Numbered from the stretch's first letter, positions 10,548 through 21,741 are shown. The stretch: 64,000 nt of DNA from Thermodesulfobacteriota bacterium (GCA_965226585.1 OZ245366.1:1408001-1472000); one strand, 5' to 3'. Numbers and translations: made by a program. The notes: generated by a model not told the origin, from the sequence alone.

Positions 10548-11819
10548 TTACGAGCCCCTCACGGGAGTTTCGTCCGCAAGAAACTTCAAATCCACAATCA
10601 CCACCCTTCTATTATACAACGATTCTTCATATTTGAAGTAAAATTTTGAATATTCTTTTTCGGAAAAAACAAGGTCAAGTTTTGACGCCGCGCCCAGCTG
10701 CTCTTTCTCCCGCGCGAGAATCAGCTTCTCTTTGGCGTTTTCAAGAATCTGCCTGCTGAGCTCAATACTCGCGTCTGCGTGGGAAAGTTCCATCATCAGC
10801 CGCCTCACATCCCTCTCAAGACGCTGTTTTTCAATCTCTATGCGTATCTCCGTTCTCTCGCGGGCGGCTTTCATTCTGTCCAGTTTGCCGAAACGGGAAA
10901 GACCCTCAAAAATCGGCAGTTTTGCTCCCGCGCCGGCTATAAAGGCAGGCGTTTGCGCGCCTTCGCCTTTGAATCTGTAAGCCACCCTTCCGTAGATAAC
11001 GGGCAAAAATTCCGCGCGCGCGGCGCTGATGTTCGCCCGGTCGCTTTTGAGCCGCTCGGCAAGACTGAGAAGGCGCGGGTTTGACCTGAAAATAACGGGA
11101 AGCACCTCTTCCGCAGACACAAATCCGGCGCCTTCGTCATATGCCGGCACTTCAAGCGAGGCTCCGACATCCTCTTTTCCAATCAGTTGAAACAGTTCAA
11201 AACGCGCGCGGGAAACGTTGCCGGAAACCGTCTGCTTTTCAAACAGCACACTTTGCGCGTCAGACTCCTGCCGGGCGAGTTCAAGAGACGATATACGCCC
11301 GTTTTTCTCAAGGATTTTGCTTCTCTCCAGTTGCATTTCCGCAAGCTGGCTCTCTTTCTCGGTGTACAGCAGACGCGCCTCTTCAAGAAGAACCTTGTAA
11401 AATGCCTTGCGCGCCTGCCTGACGGCTTCGTTCGAAGCATGTTTTTTTGAAAGACGCGCCATGTCCACAAGGCTTTTCCGCGACCTGACCCGGTTTCTCG
11501 TGCGCCCGAAATCCCACAGTATCTGGTCTGCGAAAAACCCGGATTCGCGCCCCACAAAAGGCGGTATCAGCCGGGAACTCAGTTTCGGCATATAGGCGGC
11601 GGTCGCCTCTTTCTGAAAGCCCTTGTTTATTCTCACGTCCGTCCCCGCAAGGCGTATCTCAAGGCTCGCCTCCACCGCCCATTGCTCCGCGTCTTCAAGC
11701 GAAAGCGTGTTCGCCCCGGCGGGAGCCGGAGACAGAAACAGGACAAAAGCCGCAAAAAAACCGGCAAGCGGCGCGGCTTGAAACAGTCCGGAAATGCGGG
11801 TCGGAAACTGAACGCTCAT
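10548..11819 (-). CDS. TolC-family outer membrane efflux protein
   Basis: Signal peptide, two TolC-like repeats (QILWDFG; LPIFEG), upstream of MFP; start placed at ATG 11819. Confidence 0.85.
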   Translation of the reverse strand: MSVQFPTRISGLFQAAPLAGFFAAFVLFLSPAPAGANTLSLEDAEQWAVEASLEIRLAGTDVRINKGFQKEATAAYMPKLSSRLIPPFVGRESGFFADQILWDFGRTRNRVRSRKSLVDMARLSKKHASNEAVRQARKAFYKVLLEEARLLYTEKESQLAEMQLERSKILEKNGRISSLELARQESDAQSVLFEKQTVSGNVSRARFELFQLIGKEDVGASLEVPAYDEGAGFVSAEEVLPVIFRSNPRLLSLAERLKSDRANISAARAEFLPVIYGRVAYRFKGEGAQTPAFIAGAGAKLPIFEGLSRFGKLDRMKAARERTEIRIEIEKQRLERDVRRLMMELSHADASIELSRQILENAKEKLILAREKEQLGAASKLDLVFSEKEYSKFYFKYEESLYNRRVVIVDLKFLADETPVRGS

Positions 11820-11947
11820 TTTTATCAGGAAAAGCGCGGACAACAGACCGGATTATAACACAGGAAAAGCCGCCGTTTATACAGTAAATGTAAAGCGGAA
11901 ACCCGCGCGGAGAGGCGGAGCGGGGCGCGCGCTGGTAGAGTAGTGCC

Positions 11948-13159
11948 GTGACGAACCTCAAAACACGGAACGGGAAAAACCCTCTGTCTGTCTATGTGCA
12001 TTTTCCCTACTGCGACATCAAGTGCCCGTTCTGCAACCTGAACGCGTGGGAAAGCAAGAAGTTTGACGAAGCCCTTTACGTCCGGGCTCTTGAAAGCGAA
12101 CTCAAAGCCCTTTCCGCCCTGATGCACGAACTGCGGGCGGGCGAGGTTGAAACCGTATTCATGGGCGGTGGAACGCCGTCTCTTTTCTCTCAAAGCGCGG
12201 TCGCGCGGGTGATGAATGCTGTCGCCTCGCGGTGCGCGGTTGCCGAAGGGGCGGAGGTGTCGCTTGAGGCGCATCCGCTTTCGTGCGATGTCTTGAAGCT
12301 CAAAGGGTACACAGGGGCTGGAGTCAACCGGCTCAGCATCGGGGCGCAGTCGTTTGACTCTGAAAAACTGAAGCGGCTCGGCAGGGGGCACGGGGCGGAA
12401 ACCTGTTCGGAGGCGGTGAAAAACGCTAGAGCGGCGGGCTTTGAGAACCTGAGCGTGGACATCATCGCGGGCGCGCCCGGAGAAACGGCGCGGGCGTTTC
12501 GCGAAGACATAAAAAAAGCGGGAGAAACGGGGGCGAACCATATTTCTGTCTACGGGCTCGAGATTGAGAAAGGAACCCGGTTTCACGCTCTCGCGCAGAG
12601 CGGGGAACTGAAACTTCCGTCTGCCGGGGAGACGGCAGACATGACAGATGCGGCGGCTTCTGAACTGCGGGCGCGGGGAATGGAGCGTTACGAAATATCA
12701 AGTTTTGCATTGCCAAACGGCGCGTGCCGCCACAACATAAACTACTGGCGTTCGGGAAACTACATAGGCATCGGAGCGGGAGCGCACTCGCATCTCACAA
12801 CCGCCGGGGCTCCTTTCGGGCTCAGGTGGGCTAACACACGAAATCCTGCGGAATATATGGAGAAAGCCGCGCGGGGGGAACTTGCCCCGATGCGCGAGAT
12901 GGATGCGGAAACGGGATTTTCCGACTGTGTGATGATGGGGCTCAGACTTACCGAAGGAATGAACCTTCGCAATGCCGAAAAGAAATTCGGTGTCCGGACA
13001 GACAGAGATTCTCTGCGGAAACTTGAAAGGGGCGGTTTTGTGCTTGAACGCGGACAAAACCTTAAAATCACCGTAAAAGGTCTTGCGGTCGCAAACTCAA
13101 TTATTGCGGAAATCACGGGAAAAGCCGTGGCGGGGCATCCTGCGGGAAATCTGATATAA
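11948..13159 (+). CDS. hemW: Radical SAM heme chaperone HemW (HemN-like)
   Basis: [33 protein letters not shown]. Confidence 0.88.
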   Translation: MTNLKTRNGKNPLSVYVHFPYCDIKCPFCNLNAWESKKFDEALYVRALESELKALSALMHELRAGEVETVFMGGGTPSLFSQSAVARVMNAVASRCAVAEGAEVSLEAHPLSCDVLKLKGYTGAGVNRLSIGAQSFDSEKLKRLGRGHGAETCSEAVKNARAAGFENLSVDIIAGAPGETARAFREDIKKAGETGANHISVYGLEIEKGTRFHALAQSGELKLPSAGETADMTDAAASELRARGMERYEISSFALPNGACRHNINYWRSGNYIGIGAGAHSHLTTAGAPFGLRWANTRNPAEYMEKAARGELAPMREMDAETGFSDCVMMGLRLTEGMNLRNAEKKFGVRTDRDSLRKLERGGFVLERGQNLKITVKGLAVANSIIAEITGKAVAGHPAGNLI

Positions 13160-13193
13160 TGCCCTGAAATTCCTTTATTTCCGGAGAAAAAAC

Positions 13194-14498
13194 ATGGCAA
13201 AAATTAAAACCGTAAAAGCGCGGGAAATTCTTGACTCGCGCGGAAATCCGACAGTTGAAGTGGATATTGTGTGCGATGACGGCTCGTTCGGCAGGGCGGC
13301 GGTGCCGTCCGGGGCTTCAACGGGCAAATACGAAGCGCGGGAACTCAGAGACTCCGCGAAAAAGAAAAGATACGGCGGCAAAGGGGTGCTGAAAGCGGTT
13401 GAAAACGTGAACCGGATTCTTGCGCGGGCGGTGAAGGGAACAGACGCGCGGAAACAGGAGGAGGTTGACGGGAAGATGATGAAAAAAGACGCAACCCGCT
13501 CCAAATCGGGCATGGGGGCGAACGCCATTCTGGGAGTGTCTCTCGCGGCGGCAAGGGCGGCGGCGGAATCGGAAAAACTGCCCTTCCACGCCTACCTCTC
13601 AAAATTGAACGGGGCAAAACTGAAAGGGAAAACGCGCCCGTCTCTGCCCGTTCCGTTTATGAACATAATCAACGGCGGCGTCCACGCGGACAACAACCTT
13701 GACATTCAGGAGTTCATGCTCGTGCCTCACGGTTTCAAAACCTTCTCCGAATCGCTTCGCGCCGGGGTTGAGATATTTCACAGCCTCAAATCCCTTCTGA
13801 AATCAAAAGGGCTTTCCACCTCGGTTGGAGATGAAGGGGGCTTTGCCCCGGACTTGCGCTCCAATGAGCAGGCGATGGATTTCATAGCCCGTGCTGCGGA
13901 AAAAGCCGGATACAAAACCGGCGCGCAAGTGTCTCTCGCGATGGACGCGGCGGCAAGCGAGATGTTTTCGGGCGGAAAATACAAGATTGGCGGAAAGAAT
14001 CTGTCTTCCGGCGCGCTTGTGAAAATGTATGAAAAATGGGCGAAAAACTGGCCCCTCGTGTCCATTGAAGACCCCATGGATGAAAACGACTGGGAAGGAT
14101 GGCGCGAAATTACCGCAAGCATCGGGGGCAAGGTCAGGATTGTGGGAGACGACCTGTTTGTTACAAACAGCGCGCGGCTTCAAAAGGGCATCAACACCGG
14201 AGCCGGAAACTCAATTCTTATAAAGGTCAACCAGATAGGGACGCTTTCAGAAACTTTTGACGCGATGAACCTCGCGGCGGCTGAGGGATACGGCGCGATG
14301 GTATCGCACCGTTCGGGGGAAACCGAAGACTCCGCAATCGCGGACATAGCGGTCGCAACGGGATGCGGCTCCATCAAAACCGGCGCGCCGTGCAGGGGAG
14401 AGAGAACGGCAAAATACAACCGCCTGTTGAGGATTGAGGAGGAGCTCGGAAGAAAAGCGGTGTTTGCGGGAAAGGGATTTTTCGGTAGAGTTCAGTAG
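13194..14498 (+). CDS. eno: Enolase
   Basis: [38 protein letters not shown]. Confidence 0.98.
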   Translation: MAKIKTVKAREILDSRGNPTVEVDIVCDDGSFGRAAVPSGASTGKYEARELRDSAKKKRYGGKGVLKAVENVNRILARAVKGTDARKQEEVDGKMMKKDATRSKSGMGANAILGVSLAAARAAAESEKLPFHAYLSKLNGAKLKGKTRPSLPVPFMNIINGGVHADNNLDIQEFMLVPHGFKTFSESLRAGVEIFHSLKSLLKSKGLSTSVGDEGGFAPDLRSNEQAMDFIARAAEKAGYKTGAQVSLAMDAAASEMFSGGKYKIGGKNLSSGALVKMYEKWAKNWPLVSIEDPMDENDWEGWREITASIGGKVRIVGDDLFVTNSARLQKGINTGAGNSILIKVNQIGTLSETFDAMNLAAAEGYGAMVSHRSGETEDSAIADIAVATGCGSIKTGAPCRGERTAKYNRLLRIEEELGRKAVFAGKGFFGRVQ

Positions 14499-14543
14499 AG
14501 GAACATGGGTGAAAAAAGTTAGTTTTTTTAAGGAAACGGGAGC

Positions 14544-15971
14544 ATGAGCGGCGGAACTCTTTTTGACAAGATATGGCAGTCGCACCTCGTCAGCGAAGGC
14601 ACAGACGGAAAGCCGGACCTCCTCTACATAGACCTGCATCTGGTTCACGAAGTAACTTCCCCTCAGGCGTTTGAGGGTCTTGAGATGGAGGGCAGAAAAG
14701 TCCGCCGTCCCGAACTCACCTTCGCAACGATGGATCACAACGTTCCAACCACCGGAAGGGGCAAGCCGATAAAAGACAACATCAGCGCCCTGCAGATAGA
14801 AACTTTGAGAGAAAACTGCCGGAAGTTCGGCATATCCCTTTTTGACATCGTTCCCGACGCCGGAATTGAAGACCTTCAGGGCATAGTCCACGTGATAGGT
14901 CCCGAACTGGGTCTCACAAGACCCGGAATGACGATAGTTTGCGGCGACAGCCACACGTCCACTCACGGGGCTTTCGGCTCTCTGGCGTTTGGAATCGGAA
15001 CAAGCGAAGTGGAGCACGTTCTCGCGACCCAATGCCTCCGGCAAACGCGACCGCAGACTTTTGAGATTCGGGTTGACGGCAAAAGGGGCTCCGGAGTTAC
15101 GGCAAAAGACATAATCCTCGCAATCATAGGCCGCTTAGGAACCGCCGGCGCGACCGGATACGCGGTTGAATACTCGGGCGAAGCCATACGCGACCTCTCA
15201 ATGGAAGAACGGATGACGGTTTGCAACATGTCCATAGAGGCGGGAGCGAAAGCCGGAATGATAGCGGCGGACGAAAAAACCTTTGAATACGCGGCGGGAA
15301 AGCTTTACTCGCCGCCGCCGGAACAGATGGACAAAGCCATAGGGGAGTGGAGAGAATGTGTTTCCGATGAAGACGCGGTTTTTGACAAAACGCTCGTGAT
15401 GGACGCGGAAAAAATCGCCCCTCAGGTAACGTGGGGAACAAATCCCGGAATGGTGGCGGAGGTGAACGGCTCCGTTCCGGACCCGGAAGATGCGGAGAAC
15501 GGGCAGCAGAGAGACGCCATGCGCCGGGCACTTGAATACATGGGGCTGAAAGCCGGAACTCCGATAACCGACATCAAGATAGACAGGGTGTTTGTGGGCT
15601 CATGCACGAACTCCCGCATTGAAGACCTGACCGAAGTCGCGCGCATAGTGAAAGGAAAAAAAGTTGCCAAAGGCGTGAGGGCGATGGTTGTTCCGGGCTC
15701 TCAGTCGGTTAAGAAACAGGCCGAAGAAATGGGGATAGACAAAATACTCAAAGAGGCGGGTTTTGAATGGCGCGAATCGGGATGCAGTATGTGTCTGGGA
15801 ATGAACCCGGATATCCTCGCGCCCGGAGAAAGATGCGCCAGCACTTCAAACAGAAACTTTGAAGGGCGGCAGGGCAAAGGCGGCAGAACGCACCTCGCAA
15901 GCCCCGTGATGGCGGCGGCGGCGGCGCTTGAAGGGCGATTTGTTGACGTCCGCGAGTGGGAAAAACGGTAA
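14544..15971 (+). CDS. leuC: 3-isopropylmalate dehydratase large subunit
   Basis: [42 protein letters not shown]. Confidence 0.98.
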   Translation: MSGGTLFDKIWQSHLVSEGTDGKPDLLYIDLHLVHEVTSPQAFEGLEMEGRKVRRPELTFATMDHNVPTTGRGKPIKDNISALQIETLRENCRKFGISLFDIVPDAGIEDLQGIVHVIGPELGLTRPGMTIVCGDSHTSTHGAFGSLAFGIGTSEVEHVLATQCLRQTRPQTFEIRVDGKRGSGVTAKDIILAIIGRLGTAGATGYAVEYSGEAIRDLSMEERMTVCNMSIEAGAKAGMIAADEKTFEYAAGKLYSPPPEQMDKAIGEWRECVSDEDAVFDKTLVMDAEKIAPQVTWGTNPGMVAEVNGSVPDPEDAENGQQRDAMRRALEYMGLKAGTPITDIKIDRVFVGSCTNSRIEDLTEVARIVKGKKVAKGVRAMVVPGSQSVKKQAEEMGIDKILKEAGFEWRESGCSMCLGMNPDILAPGERCASTSNRNFEGRQGKGGRTHLASPVMAAAAALEGRFVDVREWEKR

Positions 15972-16606
15972 TGGAGAAGTTCACAAAAATAAAAGCTAAA
16001 GTCGCCCCGCTTGACCGGGCAAATGTTGACACAGACCAGATAATTCCAAAACAATTTCTAAAAAGAGTGGAAAGAACGGGATTTGGCGAGTTTCTTTTCT
16101 ACGACTGGCGTTTCCTTGACGACGGCAAAACCCCCAATCCGGATTTTGAGATGAACGAAGAACGCTACAAAGGCGCGGGAGTTCTGATAGCAAGGGAAAA
16201 CTTCGGCGGCGGCAGTTCGCGGGAGCACGCGCCGTGGTCTATAAGAGAGTTCGGTTTCAGGGTGATAATCGCCCCGTCTTTTGCTGATATCTTCTACAAC
16301 AACTGTTTCAAAAACTCCATACTTCCGGTGAAACTTGACCGCGAAACGGTTGACGGGCTTTTTGAAACCGTGAGGACAAACCCCGGATTCACTCTGGAGG
16401 TGGATTTGGAAAAACAAACCATAAAGGGAGACGGCGCGGCTTTTGAGTTTGAGATTGACCCTTTCAGAAAGCGCACCCTTCTTGAAGGGCTTGACGACAT
16501 ATCGCAGACACTCAAGGAAAGCGGACTGATAGGCGGCTACGAAAGCGCGAGGGTTGAGAGCAGACCGTGGGGTTTTCCTGGAAAACAGACTGGAGCGGGG
16601 AGGTGA
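15971..16606 (+). CDS. leuD: 3-isopropylmalate dehydratase small subunit
   Basis: [25 protein letters not shown] overlaps leuC TAA. Confidence 0.97.
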   Translation: MEKFTKIKAKVAPLDRANVDTDQIIPKQFLKRVERTGFGEFLFYDWRFLDDGKTPNPDFEMNEERYKGAGVLIARENFGGGSSREHAPWSIREFGFRVIIAPSFADIFYNNCFKNSILPVKLDRETVDGLFETVRTNPGFTLEVDLEKQTIKGDGAAFEFEIDPFRKRTLLEGLDDISQTLKESGLIGGYESARVESRPWGFPGKQTGAGR

Positions 16607-16610
16607 AAAT

Positions 16611-17129
16611 ATGAACATTAAAATCACAACGCGGCACATTAACGACAGAAGAACGGCAAAAAAAATGAAGGAATACATGCTTTCAAAACTGCCGAGAGTG
16701 GGACGTTATCTGCACAAACAGGGAGAGGAAGCGGCCGTCAGCGCGGTCTTGTCATCAGAAAAACTGAGGCACACGGCTGAGGTGAATGTTGCGGGAACAA
16801 GGCTTTCGGCAACCGCCACGGTAACTTCAGACGACCTGAGCACATCCATAGACAACGTTATGGACGCGGTTGTCAAACAACTCAGGCGCAAAGGCGACAA
16901 ACGGCTCGCGGCGCGAAGGAGGAAAGCCCCGGAGCGCAGTGTTGAGCCCCCTTCCGCGCCGGCGGTGAAGATTCAAAAGGTTGCCGCGAAACTCGTTTCC
17001 CCCGAAGAGGCGGTGATGCAGGTACAGTCATCGGGTAAAGATTTTCTCGTCTTTACCAACAGCGAAACGCTTGAGATGAACGTGGTCTACAGGAGAGACA
17101 AGAAAATCTTTCGCATTGTTCCCCGTTAG
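16611..17129 (+). CDS. hpf: Ribosome hibernation promoting factor, long form
   Basis: MNIKITTRH, QLRRK, C-terminal PEEAVMQ...FLVFTN...NVVYRR; GGAGG upstream. Confidence 0.88.
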   Translation: MNIKITTRHINDRRTAKKMKEYMLSKLPRVGRYLHKQGEEAAVSAVLSSEKLRHTAEVNVAGTRLSATATVTSDDLSTSIDNVMDAVVKQLRRKGDKRLAARRRKAPERSVEPPSAPAVKIQKVAAKLVSPEEAVMQVQSSGKDFLVFTNSETLEMNVVYRRDKKIFRIVPR

Positions 17130-17159
17130 CCGCGAGAGAAGACGCAAAAGGGAAACGGA

Positions 17160-17612
17160 ATGAAAATCGCCGATGTTTTAACCAGAGACGCCATCATAAA
17201 GTCGCTTCAGGCGACCACGAAGCGTGATGTGTTGAAAGAGATTTCTGAAACCGTGGCGGGCCTTTCCCCGTCTCTCAATGCGGAGACGCTTTTCAAAATG
17301 CTTATGGAGAGAGAGGAGTTGTGCAGTACGGCTCTTGACCACGGTGTGGCGGTGCCTCATTTGCGGATGCACGGGCTGTCTGAGCCTGTGGCGGCTTTTG
17401 CGAGAAGCGAGCAAGGCGTGGATTTCGGGTCTCTTGACGGAAAACCCACTCACCTGTTTATGACGATAATCGCATCAGAATCTCGCGCCGATGAATACAT
17501 CAGCCTGCTTGCGGGCGTAACATCTGTGCTGAAAGACGGCGGAATGAGAGAGCGGCTGGAAAAAGCGGAATCAACAAAAGATATTTTTGAAACCCTTGTC
17601 GGTGAACTCTGA
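17160..17612 (+). CDS. ptsN: PTS IIA (Ntr/Fru-type) protein
   Basis: ERE..ST..GVAVPH, DFGSLDGKP; between hpf and hprK. Confidence 0.85.
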   Translation: MKIADVLTRDAIIKSLQATTKRDVLKEISETVAGLSPSLNAETLFKMLMEREELCSTALDHGVAVPHLRMHGLSEPVAAFARSEQGVDFGSLDGKPTHLFMTIIASESRADEYISLLAGVTSVLKDGGMRERLEKAESTKDIFETLVGEL

Positions 17613-17643
17613 GGAGGCGGGGTTGCTGAAACGGTGAGGGAAA

Positions 17644-18597
17644 ATGGCGGAGAATAAACAGGTCAGCGTCGGGGAACTGAAGGAGAAGTGGTTTTCCCAT
17701 CTCAAACTGGGCGGGGTTAGAGGCAAAACCGGTTTTGACGCTCTCATAACAAAAGCGCCCGTTCGCAAACCGGGGCTCAGAATGACCGAAAGACCCATGA
17801 AACTTGATGCCGGGCACGTTTACGTTCTGGGCGAAACCGAATGCGGCTACATAGACAAACTGTCGCCGAAAGAGCGCAAGGATCTTGCCGGAGAGCTGGT
17901 AAAGCAGAAAATCCCCTGCTTCGTGGTCTCTGACGGCATAAACATTCACCCCGGCTTTATGTCTTTGATGAAAAAAATGTCGGTTGCCGTGTTCAAAAGC
18001 GACAGCCCGCTTGAAGCGCTGATGGCGACTCTGGGCGAACTGCTTGAATGGCGGCTCGCGCCTTTTAAGACTCTTCACGCGACCCTTGTGGTGGTTCACG
18101 GAACGGGAACTCTGATAACGGGCAAAAGCGGCGTGGGCAAAAGCGAATGCGCTCTTGACCTTATAGCGCGGGGCTGGCAATTCGTCTCAGACGATGTTGT
18201 GGAAATCAAAAGAGTCGGGGCGCATCTGCTCGGCTCGGCTCCCGAAACGGTAAAGCACATGATGGAAATAAGGGGCGTGGGAATTGTGAACATAGCCGAC
18301 CTGTTCGGAAGAACATCGGTTATGGACAACCACCTTATAGACATGGTGATAGACATTGAGCCGTGGGACGAGGGCTTGGAATACGACCGTCTGGGGCTTG
18401 ACAGCAAAAAGATAAAAATACTTGAGGTTGAGCTTCCGGTTGTGAAAATACCGGTGCGCCCCGGAAGAAACATCACCACTCTGGCTGAAGTTGCGGTGAG
18501 AAACCACATTCTGAAAACAAGCGGAATCAACCCGTTTGACTCCCTTCCCGAAGCGCTTCTCGGAAAGAAAAGCGACGAAAAACGGCGGAAAACATGA
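17644..18597 (+). CDS. hprK: HPr kinase/phosphorylase
   Basis: GKSGVGKSE, VSDDVV, MEIRGVGI, PVRPGRN. Confidence 0.95.
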   Translation: MAENKQVSVGELKEKWFSHLKLGGVRGKTGFDALITKAPVRKPGLRMTERPMKLDAGHVYVLGETECGYIDKLSPKERKDLAGELVKQKIPCFVVSDGINIHPGFMSLMKKMSVAVFKSDSPLEALMATLGELLEWRLAPFKTLHATLVVVHGTGTLITGKSGVGKSECALDLIARGWQFVSDDVVEIKRVGAHLLGSAPETVKHMMEIRGVGIVNIADLFGRTSVMDNHLIDMVIDIEPWDEGLEYDRLGLDSKKIKILEVELPVVKIPVRPGRNITTLAEVAVRNHILKTSGINPFDSLPEALLGKKSDEKRRKT

Positions 18598-19436
18598 AAC
18601 TTCTGCTGATAATCACCGGACTTTCGGGAGCGGGCAAAAGCACGGCGCTGAGCCTTTTTGAAGACCGGGGTTTTATCTGCACGGACAATATGCCGCCCAA
18701 TCTCATCGGGGCTTTTGTGAAAGAGCACGGGGGTCCGTTTGCCGTTGTTGTTGATTCAAGAACTCCGGGCGGCGGGATTTGCGGGAACATATCGGCGATT
18801 GCGTCTGAACTTAAAGGCGAGGCGAGGGTTGAGACGATATTTCTTGACTCTTCCGACCGCACGATTGTAAAGCGGTACGGGGAGACGCGCAGAAACCACC
18901 CGCTTTCGCGTGACGGAAACATAGCCGAGGGCATAGAAAAAGAGCGCGCTCTGCTGAGAGAGGTGAGGGAAAAGGCGGACACGATTGTTGACACAAGCGC
19001 CTTCAACCCGCACGAACTCAGAGAGCATTTGACCTCTTTCGCGCGGCTTGAAACGGAAGGGGATATCCGCGTCAACATAACCTCGTTCGGTTTCAAGCAC
19101 GGGCCGCCGCCGGATGCGGACATGGTTTTTGACTCGCGCATGCTTCCAAATCCCAACTTCACCCCGAACCTCAAGCCCTTGTGCGGAAAGGATGATGAAA
19201 TCAGGGAATTTGTGTTCGCATCTCCCGAAGCCCGTGAATTTCTTGACAAAGCCGCGGGCATAATTGATTTTGTAGTCGGAATGTACAGGGGAAAGGACAA
19301 ACTCTATCTCAACGTCGCGGTCGGCTGCACGGGAGGCAGGCACAGGTCTGTTGCGGTGGCGGAGGCGATTGGAAGGAGCGGTGGAATTTCCGTAAAAAAT
19401 ATAAAGGTCGGGCACAGAGACATTGAAAAAATCTGA
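18594..19436 (+). CDS. rapZ: RNase adapter RapZ
   Basis: ITGLSGAGKS, SFGFKHG, GCTGGRHRSV. Confidence 0.95.
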   Translation: MKLLLIITGLSGAGKSTALSLFEDRGFICTDNMPPNLIGAFVKEHGGPFAVVVDSRTPGGGICGNISAIASELKGEARVETIFLDSSDRTIVKRYGETRRNHPLSRDGNIAEGIEKERALLREVREKADTIVDTSAFNPHELREHLTSFARLETEGDIRVNITSFGFKHGPPPDADMVFDSRMLPNPNFTPNLKPLCGKDDEIREFVFASPEAREFLDKAAGIIDFVVGMYRGKDKLYLNVAVGCTGGRHRSVAVAEAIGRSGGISVKNIKVGHRDIEKI

Positions 19437-19437
19437 G

Positions 19438-19869
19438 ATGAAACTGATACTGGTTGTTACTCACGGCGATCTTGCGGTTGAGTTTATAAAAACGGTTGAG
19501 TTTGTGCTGGGTGAGAAGCCGGCGGTTGAGATAAGGAGCATTTCTTTTGCTCCGGAGGGCGGTTTTGAGATGCTTTCGGGCGAGATTGAAAAACATCTTG
19601 GGGACAGAAAGCGGGAAGCGATAATTCTGACCGATATGTTTGGCGGAACGCCGTCAAATGTGAGTTTGACTTTCCTTGAACCCGGAAAGGTTGAGGTTAT
19701 AACGGGGCTTAATCTGCCGATGCTTCTAAAACTCGCCGCGATGAAGCCGCACACGCCGCTTGAAAAAGCCGTTGAAGCGGCGAAAAAAGCCGGACGCGAA
19801 AACGTGGTTTCGGCTGGCGACATACTGAACAAAAGCATCCCGCACGAATCAGGAGACAAAGACAAATGA
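19438..19869 (+). CDS. PTS mannose/fructose-family IIA subunit
   Basis: VVTHGDLA, TDMFGGTPSN, GLNLPML. Confidence 0.9.
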   Translation: MKLILVVTHGDLAVEFIKTVEFVLGEKPAVEIRSISFAPEGGFEMLSGEIEKHLGDRKREAIILTDMFGGTPSNVSLTFLEPGKVEVITGLNLPMLLKLAAMKPHTPLEKAVEAAKKAGRENVVSAGDILNKSIPHESGDKDK

Positions 19870-20195
19870 CGGATGAGCAGTTTGAGAAAGCGGTTGGCAA
19901 GTGGAAAAGTTTCATACTTAACGGGCCCCTCGCGGAGTACAGTCTCGACATCGCGCCTGAGATTTCAAAGGAGTTTGCCGCAGTCGCTCTGTTTCTGGAT
20001 ATGCAAACCGTCAGGGCTTCGGGAAATGATGAAAAATTCTACGAGGGCTACAGGGAGGCGTCTTCAGACCTTCTCAAGTTTATGGGGATTGAGATGTTTC
20101 AGGATGATGAGCGGAAGAGGGTTGCGCTTGTTCCGTCTTCGCGCGACCCTGAGGCGCAGGCGCGTCTTGCCCGCAGTATGTGGGGAGAGGTTTAG
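19866..20195 (+). CDS. Hypothetical protein
   Basis: ATGA-coupled to the EIIA gene, SD-like GGAG upstream, backbone-like composition. Confidence 0.65.
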   Translation: MTDEQFEKAVGKWKSFILNGPLAEYSLDIAPEISKEFAAVALFLDMQTVRASGNDEKFYEGYREASSDLLKFMGIEMFQDDERKRVALVPSSRDPEAQARLARSMWGEV

Positions 20196-20215
20196 AGGCG
20201 GCGGTCTTTTTTCCC

Positions 20216-21019
20216 ATGCGGATTGTTGACAGATTTGACGCATTTCTGATAGACATTGACGGAACCGTTGAAGAGGGCGCGGCTCCGGTGGCGCGGGCGG
20301 TTGCGTCTCTAAAAAAACTAAAAAAAACCGGAAAGCCGTTTTTATTTCTAACAAACAACGCCCGCCTCTCGCCGGGGGGATGGGCAAAAAAATTCAGAGA
20401 GAGGGGAATAGACGGCGTGCGCGCCGGGGATGTTGTAACTTCTGCAACTTCAACCGCGCGTTTCATAGAGCGCAGGTTCAAAGACCCTTGTTCAAAAAGG
20501 GCGTTTGTGGCGGGCAGTTCCGCTCTTGTGTCTGAAATACGGAAAACGGGAATTAGTCTTATAAAGCACGGCGAGGTGTCTTGCGGGTGTGATGTTGTGA
20601 TAGTGGGCGGGCACAAGGGTTTTAATTATTCAGACATAGCCGCCGCCGGAACCGCCGTCAGAAACGGCGCGGTTTTTCTCGCGACAAACTCAAACTTTGT
20701 TTATCCCGCTGGAAACGGGGAGTTTATGCCCGCCACCGGAGCCCTTGCGGCGGCGGTTGAAAAGGTGTCGCGCAAAAGACCTGTTATCACCGGAAAACCG
20801 CATCCCGGCATTTTCAAGATGTGCATGAAGATTCTCGGCACCGGCGCGGAGAGAACCGCGGTTATTGGAGACAGTTTGAAAACCGACATCAAGGGCGGAA
20901 AAAGAGCGGGAATAAAAACCGTTCTCACGCTCACGGGAATTTCATCAAGGGCGGACATACAAAAATCCCGCCACAAACCGGATTATGTGATTGAAGATTT
21001 ATCGGGGCTGTTTGGGTAA
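20216..21019 (+). CDS. HAD-IIA hydrolase (NagD-like)
   Basis: DIDGT, LTNN, GKP, IGDSLKTDI; start placed at ATG 20216. Confidence 0.9.
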   Translation: MRIVDRFDAFLIDIDGTVEEGAAPVARAVASLKKLKKTGKPFLFLTNNARLSPGGWAKKFRERGIDGVRAGDVVTSATSTARFIERRFKDPCSKRAFVAGSSALVSEIRKTGISLIKHGEVSCGCDVVIVGGHKGFNYSDIAAAGTAVRNGAVFLATNSNFVYPAGNGEFMPATGALAAAVEKVSRKRPVITGKPHPGIFKMCMKILGTGAERTAVIGDSLKTDIKGGKRAGIKTVLTLTGISSRADIQKSRHKPDYVIEDLSGLFG

Positions 21020-21042
21020 CCCGTTAAAACCTTGTAAAGAGG

Positions 21043-21501
21043 TTAAGCCCTCACGCCTATTTCAAGGCGCAAGCCGAGAAGCGATGAGACTTTGCAAAGT
21101 TGTGTAAGGTTTTTATTGGGTAGCGCGGGGTTTAGCAGCCGCTGAATTTGATTATCTGAAGTTTTCAGACAGCGAGCCAGATACTTCTTTGAAATTTTCT
21201 TGCGTAACAGTTCTTCGTTTATGCGAGCAACTGTGTTTTCAATTTGATTTTGAAGAACATATTCGGGGTCTTGTGTGAGAAAAAGCGGTTGGTCTGAGGG
21301 CATATAATCCGCCGTGCCATCAGCAAACTTCAGCCCCAGAGTCATGTTTTTTGTTTCTTTGTCTATCCACACTTTTTCAATGTTTTTGCCTATGCCGATT
21401 GAGCCGTAATGAACTGTCGCCTCTTTGCCGCTTGCGTAGACAACATTAATCTCTTTCTTTCTATTGGAAAAAGTGGCTGATTTGAGTTTCGGAGTTTTCA
21501 T
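21043..21501 (-). CDS. Putative antitoxin with C-terminal HTH (DUF2442/XRE-like partner of DUF4160)
   Basis: C-terminal ISKKYLARCLKTSDNQIQRLL HTH; overlaps DUF4160 gene stop. Confidence 0.55.
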   Translation of the reverse strand: MKTPKLKSATFSNRKKEINVVYASGKEATVHYGSIGIGKNIEKVWIDKETKNMTLGLKFADGTADYMPSDQPLFLTQDPEYVLQNQIENTVARINEELLRKKISKKYLARCLKTSDNQIQRLLNPALPNKNLTQLCKVSSLLGLRLEIGVRA

Positions 21502-21692
21502 ATCTTTCCCTCCCTTGCGAGTTCCTCAAGGATTTTTCTCAACTTTCCGCTCATGCGTCCGCTCAAAACCCTCATTTGCGGAACGGAAACTTTGGCGACA
21601 AAATCACCGTCTTTATAGATGTGAACATGCTTCGGCTGGTGGTCTCCCATCCACCATTCAATTATGTAACCGCCGCGCTTTTCCCGTCCCAT
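21498..21692 (-). CDS. DUF4160-family small protein (putative toxin)
   Basis: DHQPKHVHI motif, 64 aa. Confidence 0.7.
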   Translation of the reverse strand: MGREKRGGYIIEWWMGDHQPKHVHIYKDGDFVAKVSVPQMRVLSGRMSGKLRKILEELAREGKI

Positions 21693-21696
21693 TGGT

Positions 21697-21727
21697 AAAC
21701 ACTACTATATGTAGTAGAGGTTGTCCA
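21697..21727 (-). promoter_or_regulatory. Putative promoter with palindromic operator for the DUF4160 pair
   Basis: Minus strand TGGACA-17-TAGTGT just before the ATG; near-palindrome CTACTATATGTAGTAG at 21702-21717. Confidence 0.45.
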
Positions 21728-21741
21728 ATTATACTCAACGG

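Noticed and set aside
11825..20616. Many long antisense ORFs (e.g. 11825-12586, 14247-15044, 18527-19300)
   Set aside because: Shadow frames of well-supported genes in GC-rich sequence, with no recognisable motifs
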